Source of the DNA: Escherichia phage SUT_E520
Length of the DNA: 64,000 nucleotides
Sequence record: OQ990040
Direction: 5' to 3' (one strand)
Position numbers and translations under genes: made by a program. This document shows, one piece after another, positions 18,499 to 27,248 of the stretch. Position 1 is the stretch's first letter. Each line of letters begins with the position of its first letter. Under the pieces are notes generated by a model, which saw only the letters and a program-made list of their open reading frames with translations, did no database searches and was not told the DNA's origin.

Positions 18499-19251
18499 TT
18501 ATCCAACTAGTGGTTCTAGCTCTAAGTCACAGAAGTTATAAACTTCTAGTTTAAGGTTATTGATACCATCGAATTTATTAACTAATTCGTGAGTAATATA
18601 TTTTGCAGGAATACCACTTTCAGATGGATGATCTGATTTAATAGTGAACTTCTGCTCAGCGGGTACTACATTTACTATCAAAGAATCCATATCTAAATGG
18701 TTTGTTTCTCTGAGTAACTCTCCTTCATTGGGGAATCTAACATCTGTTATTACGGCGACATCTGGGTCGTCTTTAGCGATGGATTGCTCCAGAATTATGA
18801 GCCAAATGCGTTCATGCACCAGCTGCCTTCCTAGCTCTGTCCCTACGAGCTGTAACATTTTTCTCGGAGAAATAAATAAGCTATAAAGACCGTCTTCTTT
18901 ATTCTCTGATATAAGTTGTTGAGGATTAAGATATTTTTCCTCAAAAATAGGCCAAACGTACGAGAAGTCTTCAAACTTATCGATACCGTACTTAAACCAC
19001 ACATCCCTGGCTCGTTCCAACTGAGATTGTGTGACCGTAAACCATTGGTCAATCTCTTTTCCCCTGCGCTCTCCTAGAAACTCTGGAGTTACACCGAGGA
19101 TTACGGATGCAAGTTCATAAACGGGCTTAGCAAAACTATAACGACGAGATAAACACGTTGGATACGTGTCATTACACCAATCGATAATTAATTTTGCAAC
19201 GGTATCTTTTCCCGAACCAGCTTCACCATGTAAACCGACTAATACTGACAT
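18499..19251 (-). CDS. dnk: deoxynucleoside monophosphate kinase
   Basis: P-loop GLHGEAGSGKDT; size 250 aa. Confidence 0.6.
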   Translation of the reverse strand: MSVLVGLHGEAGSGKDTVAKLIIDWCNDTYPTCLSRRYSFAKPVYELASVILGVTPEFLGERRGKEIDQWFTVTQSQLERARDVWFKYGIDKFEDFSYVWPIFEEKYLNPQQLISENKEDGLYSLFISPRKMLQLVGTELGRQLVHERIWLIILEQSIAKDDPDVAVITDVRFPNEGELLRETNHLDMDSLIVNVVPAEQKFTIKSDHPSESGIPAKYITHELVNKFDGINNLKLEVYNFCDLELEPLVG

Positions 19252-19604
19252 TAATCTTTCCTATTGTTAATTGGTGGATAGTAAACTAAGCAACGTTTTT
19301 CTTGTAAATCTTGACGATAGAAGCAGACCATACCAGTCAGTCGTGAAATGTAAGAGTAAACTGCTTCCTCACATTTTGCTTTTGCATTCCAATCTTTGTA
19401 TGGTATAACAACTACTACGCCATCTTCTCCATTTGTAGCTAATTTCTTTTCAAACTTAAAGTCAAAGCTACAAGGTTGAAGTCCTTTAGGCCAGTCTACA
19501 TGAGCTTGCTTTAACTCATGAGATGGCTCTGGTTTTATTTCTTCTGCACAGCCTGTGATTGTGATTGTGGCTGCGAGCAGTACTCCAAGTTTCCAGTTAA
19601 ACAC
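19251..19604 (-). CDS. outer-membrane lipoprotein, o-spanin candidate
   Basis: signal peptide with lipobox ITGC; overlaps 3' end of upstream i-spanin-like gene by 70 nt. Confidence 0.45.
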   Translation of the reverse strand: MFNWKLGVLLAATITITGCAEEIKPEPSHELKQAHVDWPKGLQPCSFDFKFEKKLATNGEDGVVVVIPYKDWNAKAKCEEAVYSYISRLTGMVCFYRQDLQEKRCLVYYPPINNRKD

Positions 19605-19984
19605 GCTAATCTTTCCTCGAACTCTTTATTCTGCTTTTTAGCAATCAATGTTACCAATCCAGGTTTTGCAGCGATAACATCTTGACGACTAAGAGCTTTA
19701 TCTAGCTGCTTAATCTTTTTGTCTAGATCTGCTTGAGAAATATTATTCATCGTGAAATACTGATTCATTCTAGTCTCACGAAGTTCACTTTCAGCTTTCA
19801 CCTTATTAAGGGAAGTCTCTAGAGAAGAGATCTTTTTAGTAGCTACTGCAAGATCTCCCGCTAAAGTCTCCACTTTATCTACTAAGTGATAAGCACCGAA
19901 TCCGATGCCTATCGCTAGACCTGCTCCCAGGATATACCACTTACCGTGCCATATTCCTGAAAGAAGTTTTTGTATCAAATCCAT
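19535..19984 (-). CDS. inner-membrane coiled-coil protein, i-spanin candidate
   Basis: N-terminal TM WYILGAGLAIGIGFGAYHLV then coiled-coil. Confidence 0.45.
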   Translation of the reverse strand: MDLIQKLLSGIWHGKWYILGAGLAIGIGFGAYHLVDKVETLAGDLAVATKKISSLETSLNKVKAESELRETRMNQYFTMNNISQADLDKKIKQLDKALSRQDVIAAKPGLVTLIAKKQNKEFEERLACLTGNLEYCSQPQSQSQAVQKK

Positions 19985-20639
19985 GCGCTGCTAACCTGTC
20001 TTTATCTGATACTTTAATCATATCAGGCTCACCAGTTCCTAGTACTCCAAAGATATACTGTTCGAGAACTTGGTGTAAACGGTATAAGTTACTTTCAATT
20101 TCCTGCCACGGAATACCTGATTGATGGAAACGAATGTTAGTCTGAATCACGAAGTTACGAACATCATCGTTATCGTTCTTTTTAATACCTTTCACATATG
20201 CAATCGGTACACGCAGTTCGGATAAGATACGTTCTGCTTTAGGTTTTGCTTCCGCGAGCAAATCACGCATTGTTTCACGAACATCTCCGCGACTCTTATC
20301 CATTAAATAAGAGCGAGCATGCAATCCCATCTCTTCCATTTTATCGAACATAGTGTCGAGGTTGAACGTTTTGAAGCTAAATGCTGGATGCCAGCAGTAC
20401 AGCTCGTGTAACCAGTAAACTTCACCTGCAACAAATAGTGGGTTTACAAAATATTCGAAATCACCACGGAAAGATAGCGAACCATCACGAAATACCTGGC
20501 GAGTATGCACAATGTTCTTTTCTGCATCATCGGTTACTTTGACCAGCAACTCTTCAGTTTTACGTTCCCAAACACGATCTGGGTCGAACAAACTGTTCTG
20601 CAAGTCATACACATCGGCGAACTTAGAAATAATCCTCAT
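19941..20639 (-). CDS. hypothetical protein (232 aa)
   Basis: ORF in gene string. Confidence 0.45.
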   Translation of the reverse strand: MRIISKFADVYDLQNSLFDPDRVWERKTEELLVKVTDDAEKNIVHTRQVFRDGSLSFRGDFEYFVNPLFVAGEVYWLHELYCWHPAFSFKTFNLDTMFDKMEEMGLHARSYLMDKSRGDVRETMRDLLAEAKPKAERILSELRVPIAYVKGIKKNDNDDVRNFVIQTNIRFHQSGIPWQEIESNLYRLHQVLEQYIFGVLGTGEPDMIKVSDKDRLAAHGFDTKTSFRNMAR

Positions 20640-20793
20640 ATTTAATCCTCTTGCCTCAATCTATAAACATATTATACAAAAGTTTGGGCATCTAAGTAAC
20701 TAAAATTTTATTATAAAAATAGCCCAGTCGCAAAAGTGCAGGCTGGGCTTTGTCATTATTTGCTTTTGCTAGTAAGTTGATTTAGTATCAATC

Positions 20794-21174
20794 TTATGTA
20801 ATATTAGTTTCTCTAGCTTTGCGTAGTACCCCTGCGTTTCTCCACAATTTGATGTCGGCAACTGTTTCTTTATATGGAGCAATGGTAGAACCAATTGGGC
20901 CAGCAACTAATAGTCCAAAGAACCCTACAATACGCATGTAGAACAAGCATTCTTTGGCTGTCATATTATTTACTGCTTTTTTCTGCTTTTCATCTTTAAA
21001 CTTCTGTTCTTGATCATCAATACGTAGATACTTAACAAACCATTCAGCAGAATGTTCATCCAAATGTCTAATAATAGCTATCGCATATCCAGCACCGATT
21101 AAAAACCAAGTTGTAACAAGAATTAGTAATATAGTCATATTATCTCCAGTTATGGCTAGCAGCCACCTCACCAC
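20794..21174 (-). CDS. membrane protein (126 aa)
   Basis: hydrophobic helices. Confidence 0.4.
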   Translation of the reverse strand: MVRWLLAITGDNMTILLILVTTWFLIGAGYAIAIIRHLDEHSAEWFVKYLRIDDQEQKFKDEKQKKAVNNMTAKECLFYMRIVGFFGLLVAGPIGSTIAPYKETVADIKLWRNAGVLRKARETNIT

Positions 21175-21248
21175 TTACCGCACTAAGGGGCACGACTCCC
21201 TTATCCGTAACAGTTGCAGGTGACGCAACTCGGTCCTACGCGAGTTCT

Positions 21249-21533
21249 TTAGGTATTCTGCATTTCAGCTTTAAATTTTTTCATATTACGAGTCTTTCTA
21301 TAAAAGAAAAACACAGATGTTGGGCCTAGAAGAATATCCACAATAAATATCATAGATCTAGCACATCTGAGTAATGTTTTATCATCAAGAGGAGGCAGAT
21401 CTAACGGTCGAGTTTTATGTATAACGTATAATATTACATCTTTATTCTTAGAAATATACAGATCATCAACCAAGCTGTAAATAGCTACTATAGATCCAAT
21501 GACGAACCAAAGGGCAAATGGAGAGATAATCAT
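21249..21533 (-). CDS. membrane protein (94 aa)
   Basis: hydrophobic helices. Confidence 0.35.
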   Translation of the reverse strand: MIISPFALWFVIGSIVAIYSLVDDLYISKNKDVILYVIHKTRPLDLPPLDDKTLLRCARSMIFIVDILLGPTSVFFFYRKTRNMKKFKAEMQNT

Positions 21534-21826
21534 TTCAGATCCTTTTCATTAATTAGAATATTAGTAAACAGTGGAGTAACTCCTAGACTCATAGTAGGTC
21601 CAAACGTATTCATGGCTACCCACAATTGCATAGTAATCATCCCATCTTTAATCTCTGGATCTTTATATTCTTCGATACGTTTTTTAGCAAAGGCAACTAC
21701 ATCTGGAGTACTACCGTTCTTTACAACATGATCATGCCAAAACTGAGCGTTTTCACTCCGTAGGAATGTTAAAACATCCTTAGTTGCTGGAATCTGCACT
21801 ATGCTATTGATGTTTAGTCTTTTCAC
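21530..21826 (-). CDS. hypothetical protein (98 aa)
   Basis: ORF in gene string. Confidence 0.4.
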   Translation of the reverse strand: MKRLNINSIVQIPATKDVLTFLRSENAQFWHDHVVKNGSTPDVVAFAKKRIEEYKDPEIKDGMITMQLWVAMNTFGPTMSLGVTPLFTNILINEKDLK

Positions 21827-22223
21827 GTTCTTCTCTCCGACGTTTAGATTCTTTCATCATATGAGCTGCTACAACTTCGTGGTAGTAGTCATTAATGTTA
21901 TCTTCTGGCAAGAAATGCTTAATAGTCTCTAGCTGACAAATAACTCGATGAAGATGGTTATTTGGTAGACACAATTTTATGCCTGCAACAAATCCAGAGA
22001 AGCCTGGAACACTGAACATGGGTTGGGCTTCTACTCTACCTTCAGGGTTGATATTAAGCTCAATTGAGATACCCATTTTCATACTATAAAGCTGGCAATA
22101 TTCTCCATTACCAGACCTTGACCAAACAGTGAAATCCTCATCAATTTGATCTTGGATTTCTGTAATTGCAAATTTAATTCTAGGGTCTAAATTATTCATC
22201 TTCACCTTCAAAGTCGCAATCAT
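21804..22223 (-). CDS. hypothetical protein (139 aa)
   Basis: ORF in gene string. Confidence 0.4.
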   Translation of the reverse strand: MIATLKVKMNNLDPRIKFAITEIQDQIDEDFTVWSRSGNGEYCQLYSMKMGISIELNINPEGRVEAQPMFSVPGFSGFVAGIKLCLPNNHLHRVICQLETIKHFLPEDNINDYYHEVVAAHMMKESKRRREEREKTKHQ

Positions 22224-22557
22224 AACGACAAGTAAAAGAACTGGAGCTATTAGTACGTTGGGTGGTTATTTCACCGCGTTTGCTAATAGTAATGGCTGGA
22301 GTAGAGAAGTTTTTATTAGTATAGATTTCTACTTTACCATTACGTTCCTTAACATCACGAACTTTACCATACTCGGTAATAATGCCGTTCTGTTGGACTT
22401 TAACATTACCATTTTTCATAGAAACTTTGGTAGACGCCAGAGAACCGAAACTAACTGCGGAGATCATCAGTGCAATAATAAACTTATTCATCTTCATCCT
22501 CCCCACTACAATCACGACATACATCATAATCATTGAAAGAACGTTCGTGAGCTTCAC
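22192..22557 (-). CDS. secreted small protein (signal peptide; true start probably internal Met)
   Basis: MKMNKFIIALMISAVSFGSLAS signal-like segment. Confidence 0.35.
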   Translation of the reverse strand: MKLTNVLSMIMMYVVIVVGRMKMNKFIIALMISAVSFGSLASTKVSMKNGNVKVQQNGIITEYGKVRDVKERNGKVEIYTNKNFSTPAITISKRGEITTQRTNSSSSFTCRYDCDFEGEDE

Positions 22558-22765
22558 ACCACCAAGAACAAGAATCGCAGAGGAACATTTCGGTTTTCTC
22601 CAGTGCTTGACCTAAAAGATCATCAGCTTCCTCAGCAGTAATCTTCAATCCGCACACATCTGCCACACGTTCTTTAATTAAACGACCTGCTTCGTGGTAA
22701 GACATACAGGTTCCAGCAACATCATGCTCAAGAACATGAACAGCACAGTCTAGACGAGTTTTCAT
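22484..22765 (-). CDS. Cys-rich acidic protein (93 aa), possible Zn-binding
   Basis: CDSCSWWC, CRDC motifs. Confidence 0.4.
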   Translation of the reverse strand: MKTRLDCAVHVLEHDVAGTCMSYHEAGRLIKERVADVCGLKITAEEADDLLGQALEKTEMFLCDSCSWWCEAHERSFNDYDVCRDCSGEDEDE

Positions 22766-22795
22766 TTCAAACCTCTCTCATCAATTTATAAACAT

Positions 22796-22824
22796 ATTAT
22801 AGCAAGAAAAGAGAGGTTTAGCAA
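22796..22824 (-). promoter_or_regulatory. T5-type early sigma70 promoter (minus strand)
   Basis: revcomp of 22819-22824 is TTGCTA; revcomp of 22796-22801 is TATAAT; 17-bp spacer. Confidence 0.55.
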
Positions 22825-22841
22825 ATGAATTATTTCAGAAT

Positions 22842-23189
22842 TTAGTCATAGCACCACCATAACCCACGCTTACGCATGTCATGATCGCGATTATAGTCGT
22901 AATTTTCTGGATCTTTCATCACGCGGTGAAGTTCTTGACGATTCCCTTGACGAACCATTTTATTAGAGTGCCACTTAACATTCTTACTAATGGAATTCCA
23001 GTTATAACCATCCTTTTTCTCATTACGAATGGTTGCTTCCTTCATTTCTTTTTTGATGTCGTCCCAGGATTTGGCATAAATAACACGAATCCAGTAGCCA
23101 TTTTCTTTGAAGAAAGAATATTCTTGAGAGAAGTGTTCTTTAGACTTCCACCACTGATCACCAGATTGTTTACGATAAGTACGGCTCAT
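22842..23189 (-). CDS. hypothetical basic protein (115 aa)
   Basis: ORF in gene string. Confidence 0.4.
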   Translation of the reverse strand: MSRTYRKQSGDQWWKSKEHFSQEYSFFKENGYWIRVIYAKSWDDIKKEMKEATIRNEKKDGYNWNSISKNVKWHSNKMVRQGNRQELHRVMKDPENYDYNRDHDMRKRGLWWCYD

Positions 23190-23310
23190 ATTACCTCCAT
23201 TAAGTCTTTTAAATTAACCTAATGTGGATGAATTTTATTATACATATATTATGTACCTTTATACAGAAAAACCCCAGACTACTTATTCAATAGCTGGGGT
23301 TTGTTATTAA

Positions 23311-23625
23311 TTACAGATCGGGGCGTTCATCTTCGGAATAGCCTGAGCTGATTCCTTCTCCGAATCCTACAAAGCCATCAAATTCATCATTTGAGATGCC
23401 CATAATCATTGCTTCCATTTTCCTAATCTCCGAAATTTTCATGCCTGCTTTACTATTCTTATAATATTTGCGAGGGTTCCCGCACATCCAACAAGAACAG
23501 ATGCAAGGAGTAGTAGTGATAATACCTAACCGCTTAGGGCTTTCTTCATGTGGAAAGACTGTCCAATACTTCTTGCGGTTGTTCTTCACACGTTGCCGGT
23601 GATGGCGTCTTAATGCTCGATCCAC
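23311..23625 (-). CDS. Cys-rich protein (104 aa)
   Basis: TPCICSCWMCGNPRKYY motif. Confidence 0.4.
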   Translation of the reverse strand: MDRALRRHHRQRVKNNRKKYWTVFPHEESPKRLGIITTTPCICSCWMCGNPRKYYKNSKAGMKISEIRKMEAMIMGISNDEFDGFVGFGEGISSGYSEDERPDL

Positions 23626-23706
23626 ACATTTCTCCTAAAACTTGGGAGATAAACGGAGTTTGCTCGACTACCTCACGTAGTTCGGAGAAATCGTACCCAA
23701 ACCCCA

Positions 23707-24075
23707 TTACATCGCCTGAGTAAATGTACGACTAATAACGTCGTTCTGTTGTTCACGAGTCAGTGCGTTAAATCGAACAGCGTAGCCAGAGACACGGATG
23801 GTCAACTGAGGATATTTTTCAGGATGTTTCTGCGCATCCAAAAGCTGATCACAGCTTAACACATTGACATTTAGGTGCTGACCACCTTCGATTTGAGGGG
23901 CGACTTCCACTTTGACTTCACGGAAGGCTTCGGGATCGAATTGTGGTGTGATACCTTCTAGATCTTCAACTAGAACTTTCTGTTTAAGTTCACCGTTGTC
24001 GGAGTATAGCTGAATAATCTGATTTTCATGAACAAGGTTAATTACGCCAGATTTAAGATTTTGATATGCTTTCAT
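23707..24075 (-). CDS. grcA: autonomous glycyl radical cofactor GrcA/YfiD-like
   Basis: C-terminal [35 protein letters not shown] closely matches the E. coli GrcA glycyl-radical region (RVSGYAV). Confidence 0.7.
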   Translation of the reverse strand: MKAYQNLKSGVINLVHENQIIQLYSDNGELKQKVLVEDLEGITPQFDPEAFREVKVEVAPQIEGGQHLNVNVLSCDQLLDAQKHPEKYPQLTIRVSGYAVRFNALTREQQNDVISRTFTQAM

Positions 24076-24117
24076 TAGATCTCCCCGATGTTAGAATTTG
24101 GCTCAGCTATTTATTCT

Positions 24118-24312
24118 TTATACTTTTCCATAGTATACGGAAACTGTCTTACCAGTTTGGTTCATGACATATGCTACTTCATCTTCTTTTAAAAAGATGG
24201 CTTGGTCTACTCCAACTATAGCCAATCTTTTATTTCTAGGATTAAAGCTTACACTTTTGCCTGTATGAATCTGTTCCCCATTCTTGGCTGACATTATTTT
24301 AATTGTTAACAT
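24118..24312 (-). CDS. hypothetical protein (64 aa)
   Basis: ORF in gene string. Confidence 0.3.
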   Translation of the reverse strand: MLTIKIMSAKNGEQIHTGKSVSFNPRNKRLAIVGVDQAIFLKEDEVAYVMNQTGKTVSVYYGKV

Positions 24313-24349
24313 AGCTGCTCCTAAAGTTAGCTATCTCTAGCTCTTTTAA

Positions 24350-24425
24350 TGGTAGTTAGTAGTGGATTTGAACCACTGTAGTCGCTCCGTATGAAGGAGG
24401 TGCATAACCACTCTGCCAACTAACT
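24350..24425 (-). tRNA. tRNA with CAU anticodon (Met, fMet or Ile2)
   Basis: 7-bp acceptor AGTTAGT/ACTAACT, T-arm AGTGG-TTCAAAT-CCACT, anticodon loop TTCATAC, encoded CCA. Confidence 0.65.
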
Positions 24426-24592
24426 AGTTAATTCTTTATAGGTTAGATCTAGAAGATCTTTCTTACTGATAAGTCCTTCTCTATATTGGTCAATAAACAT
24501 ATCTATTCTAGAGTTCTCTGAGACTTCTATATCAGAAAGTTCAGCAAATATTTTTGCAAGTTTATCAATATCTTCCATACATAACCTTAATT

Positions 24593-24669
24593 TGGTACTC
24601 CGGGAGGGATTTAAACCCCCGATCTCTCGGTTATCAGCCGAGTGCTTTAGATCGCTAAGCTACCGAAGC
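24593..24669 (-). tRNA. tRNA-Ile (anticodon GAU)
   Basis: acceptor GCTTCGG/CCGGAGT with G-U pairs, anticodon arm CTCGG-CTGATAA-CCGAG, T-loop TTTAAAT, CCA. Confidence 0.7.
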
Positions 24670-24670
24670 A

Positions 24671-24898
24671 TTAACATTTTGCAGCAGAACGTTTGCCATT
24701 TCTAGGTGCACCTGGAAGTCGTGCACGTTCTGCCATTCTTCGCTTAATCTTTGAGATATTTTCTAGTGTTTGTTCTTCAGGCTTAATACCTGAAACACTA
24801 CACCACTGATTACCATCCCATGCGGTAATGATCATAACACCATTACTCATGATCTTTTCTGTAAAAGTAATCCTCATTATAGCAACTCGTCTAAGCAA
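24671..24898 (-). CDS. hypothetical protein (75 aa)
   Basis: ORF between tRNA genes. Confidence 0.3.
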   Translation of the reverse strand: MLRRVAIMRITFTEKIMSNGVMIITAWDGNQWCSVSGIKPEEQTLENISKIKRRMAERARLPGAPRNGKRSAAKC

Positions 24899-25170
24899 GA
24901 GGTATATTTAAGTTTACCATCTTTATCTACTTTGATTTCGACTTCCGCTCGTGGTACTTGACGAACTACACCATGAATCATCTTATAGCGAATGCCTTTA
25001 GCTGGTTCATGCTCTTTTGGAAATACTTGCTTAACCGTTACTACCTTAAAACCCTCACGCGGTGTTAACACTACTACTTGATCACCTTCTTTGATCTTCC
25101 AAGAGCCAGGAAATTCATAGGTATAGCGTTGACCACCAGTTTGGAACACAACAGAAAGATAACGTTTCAT
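24877..25170 (-). CDS. hypothetical protein (97 aa)
   Basis: ORF; T5-type promoter motif immediately upstream at about 25180-25215. Confidence 0.4.
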   Translation of the reverse strand: MKRYLSVVFQTGGQRYTYEFPGSWKIKEGDQVVVLTPREGFKVVTVKQVFPKEHEPAKGIRYKMIHGVVRQVPRAEVEIKVDKDGKLKYTSCLDELL

Positions 25171-25237
25171 TTGGCTTCCCTCTCATTAATTTATATAAAT
25201 ATTATAACAATAAATAAGAGAGAAAGCAAATGAATTT

Positions 25238-25405
25238 TTAATAAAGTTTAGTCACTTCATAAACTATACTACGAGATTCTTTATTACGTTCTATTAAATT
25301 AGAATATGCTTTTTCAGCTTCATTTTTAGTATTAAAGTCTATAACGTGGGAGGTATTCGCTCTATTTGATTGACTATACCAGATAACTACTAATAATTTA
25401 AACAT
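25238..25405 (-). CDS. hypothetical small protein (start trimmed to avoid tRNA overlap)
   Basis: ORF 25238-25432 overlaps the tRNA at 25420; internal Met used. Confidence 0.25.
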   Translation of the reverse strand: MFKLLVVIWYSQSNRANTSHVIDFNTKNEAEKAYSNLIERNKESRSIVYEVTKLY

Positions 25406-25419
25406 AATAGTCCTTAAGT

Positions 25420-25506
25420 TGGTGCTGGGCACAGGATTCGAACCTGTAACGGGATTACTCCTCCTGATTACAAATCAGGTGCATTCAACCATTCTGCCAA
25501 CCCAGC
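25420..25506 (-). tRNA. tRNA, anticodon UGU (Thr-type) with long variable arm, 87 nt; isotype uncertain
   Basis: acceptor GCTGGGT/GCCCAGC, anticodon arm CCTGA-TTTGTAA-TCAGG, T-arm ACAGG-TTCGAAT-CCTGT, CCA. Confidence 0.5.
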
Positions 25507-25671
25507 AGAACCCGTTATTTCAACGGGATTTCTTTTTCAATAACAGGAGACTTATCAGTCATAACCGCCATTGCCATTTGTTGTAGAAATTCAAAGGTGA
25601 AGGCTACACGTTCTTCACCAATCTCTACTTCTACACGTTTCTTTTGTTTATCGATCTTGACTTTTAGGTTA

Positions 25672-25923
25672 TCAGCCATTAGAGAGTACAGTACTGGTAG
25701 TTGGCAATACTACAGATGAAGCAACAGTGTTTAAATGCTTTCTCCAGTCTAGGTTAAATTGTTTTCGAAACTCTTCATAAGGTTCTTCTGGATAAAAGCT
25801 AAAACCTCCTTTCTCATCATTCAGGATAACAGAGCCGTCAGTTTGTTCGTATGCTCGGTATGTTTCTCCAATAACAATAACTCGTTTTTCGGTACTTTTA
25901 TTACGAAACTCAAAAACGTGCAT
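25672..25923 (-). CDS. hypothetical protein (83 aa)
   Basis: ORF between tRNA genes. Confidence 0.35.
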   Translation of the reverse strand: MHVFEFRNKSTEKRVIVIGETYRAYEQTDGSVILNDEKGGFSFYPEEPYEEFRKQFNLDWRKHLNTVASSVVLPTTSTVLSNG

Positions 25924-25939
25924 AATGTTTCCTTAAAGT

Positions 25940-26015
25940 TGGAGCGGCTAGAGGGAATCGAACCCTACTCAGCGAGGCTTGGAAGGCCTGCGGCACAACC
26001 CGTGTGCTTAACCGC
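25940..26015 (-). tRNA. tRNA-Gly (anticodon UCC)
   Basis: anticodon loop CTTCCAA; 3' end TAGCCGC-T-CCA resembles E. coli tRNA-Gly(UCC). Confidence 0.65.
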
Positions 26016-26023
26016 TTATTGTT

Positions 26024-26099
26024 TGGCTGGAGAAGGAGGAATCGAACCTACCATTAACGGAGTCAAAGGCCGTTGTGCTAACCGTTACACTACTCTCCA
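26024..26099 (-). tRNA. tRNA-Gln (anticodon UUG)
   Basis: U1-A72, G73, 3' end CCAGCCA as in E. coli tRNA-Gln; anticodon loop CTTTGAC. Confidence 0.7.
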
Positions 26100-26105
26100 A
26101 TTATT

Positions 26106-26181
26106 TGGCTGGGATGCCACGGATCGAACGTGGAACCTTCGGAGTCAGAGGCCGACGATCTGCCAATTGATCTACATCCCA
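26106..26181 (-). tRNA. tRNA-Gln (anticodon CUG)
   Basis: acceptor TGGGATG/CATCCCA, G73, T-arm CCACG-TTCGATC-CGTGG, anticodon loop CTCTGAC. Confidence 0.7.
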
Positions 26182-26193
26182 ATAATTTTTATT

Positions 26194-26388
26194 CTACGGA
26201 AAAATTGTTGTTGGCTCAGATTCTTCCAAACGTTTGCCTTCATGATCAACACGAATAACGCCGCATCCTTCGCAAATCACAACTGCACCATAACCTTCTT
26301 TGACCTCAGCTTCTGTAATCAAACCAGAAAGATCACCAGTATCTTTACCCCACATATCAATGGAGCATTGTTTGCAGAAATCAGCCAT
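26194..26388 (-). CDS. small Zn-ribbon protein (64 aa)
   Basis: CKQC ... CEGC motif pairs. Confidence 0.35.
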   Translation of the reverse strand: MADFCKQCSIDMWGKDTGDLSGLITEAEVKEGYGAVVICEGCGVIRVDHEGKRLEESEPTTIFP

Positions 26389-26413
26389 ATTTTATTTCCT
26401 ATTTAAGTTAATT

Positions 26414-26490
26414 TGGGGTGGCTAGTGGAATTCGAATCCACATAGGCCTGATTCACAATCAGGATCATTAACCAATTATGATATAGCCAC
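26414..26490 (-). tRNA. tRNA-His (anticodon GUG)
   Basis: perfect acceptor GTGGCTA/TAGCCAC, D-arm TCAT/ATGA, anticodon arm CCTGA-TTGTGAA-TCAGG, CCA. Confidence 0.8.
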
Positions 26491-26856
26491 AATTGAAAAC
26501 TCGCAGGGTTAGCGAAACCTTCCTCAATTAGCATGTTCTAGAATACTAATCAAGTTATCTCCTATTGCACGCAGCTCAAGACGAGTACGAATTTTCAATT
26601 GTGGCGGCTCTCAGAAACTCTTCTACTCTAGTCTTAGCAGCTTACTCCCGAACGCATGTCGGGGAAGTCTTACTAAGCGCATCAAATAGCACCGTTACAC
26701 TTTGAGCCATTGGTGTATCAAGAAGCAGAAGGACTTGAACCTTCACGAGATAGACCATTTATCTCAGCCGCTTTATGAGGTATGTTGCAGGGAGTGGATG
26801 TTCCCTATAAACCTTTTAGGCAGCCCCGTCTACCGATTCCGGCATACTTCAGGATT

Positions 26857-26951
26857 TGGAGGTAGGTAAGGGGATCGAACCCTTACACCGTATCACTACG
26901 ATCAACCGATTTCAAGTCGGAGTCCAGCGCCAGCCATTGGATTGACCTACC
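26857..26951 (-). tRNA. tRNA-Ser (anticodon UGA), type II, 95 nt
   Basis: acceptor GGTAGGT/ACCTACC, T-arm AAGGG-TTCGATC-CCCTT, anticodon loop CTTGAAA, long variable arm. Confidence 0.65.
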
Positions 26952-26963
26952 ATATAAATTGTT

Positions 26964-27054
26964 TGGCGGAAGAGGAGAGATTTGAACTCTCAAGCCGTTT
27001 TACCAGTCAGCCACTTTCCAAGCGGTTTTCGTCGCCAATTCGATTTGCTCTTCC
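26964..27054 (-). tRNA. tRNA-Ser (anticodon GGA), type II, 91 nt; D-region atypical
   Basis: perfect acceptor GGAAGAG/CTCTTCC, G73, T-arm GAGAG-TTCAAAT-CTCTC, anticodon loop TTGGAAA. Confidence 0.55.
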
Positions 27055-27166
27055 AATAATAAGATGATGCCTCTATCACACCAGGCAGTTACGCCTCGCT
27101 GGGATTCGAACCCATTAAAACAGCTCAACCGAGATAGTAGGTTTAATTTACTCTGACCATCAAATT

Positions 27167-27243
27167 TGGTGCGTGACAAGGGATTCGAACCCTCAAAACC
27201 CGACTTCTAAGGACGGTATGTATGCCAATTCCATCAATCACGC
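27167..27243 (-). tRNA. tRNA with UAG anticodon (Leu-type) but short variable arm; A73
   Basis: acceptor GCGTGAT/GTCACGC, T-arm GAGGG-TTCGAAT-CCCTT, anticodon loop CTTAGAA with one stem mismatch. Confidence 0.5.
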
Positions 27244-27248
27244 ATGTT

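Noticed and set aside
25759-26406. 215-aa plus-strand ORF
   Set aside because: Runs antisense across four well-supported tRNA genes and a Zn-ribbon ORF; shadow frame
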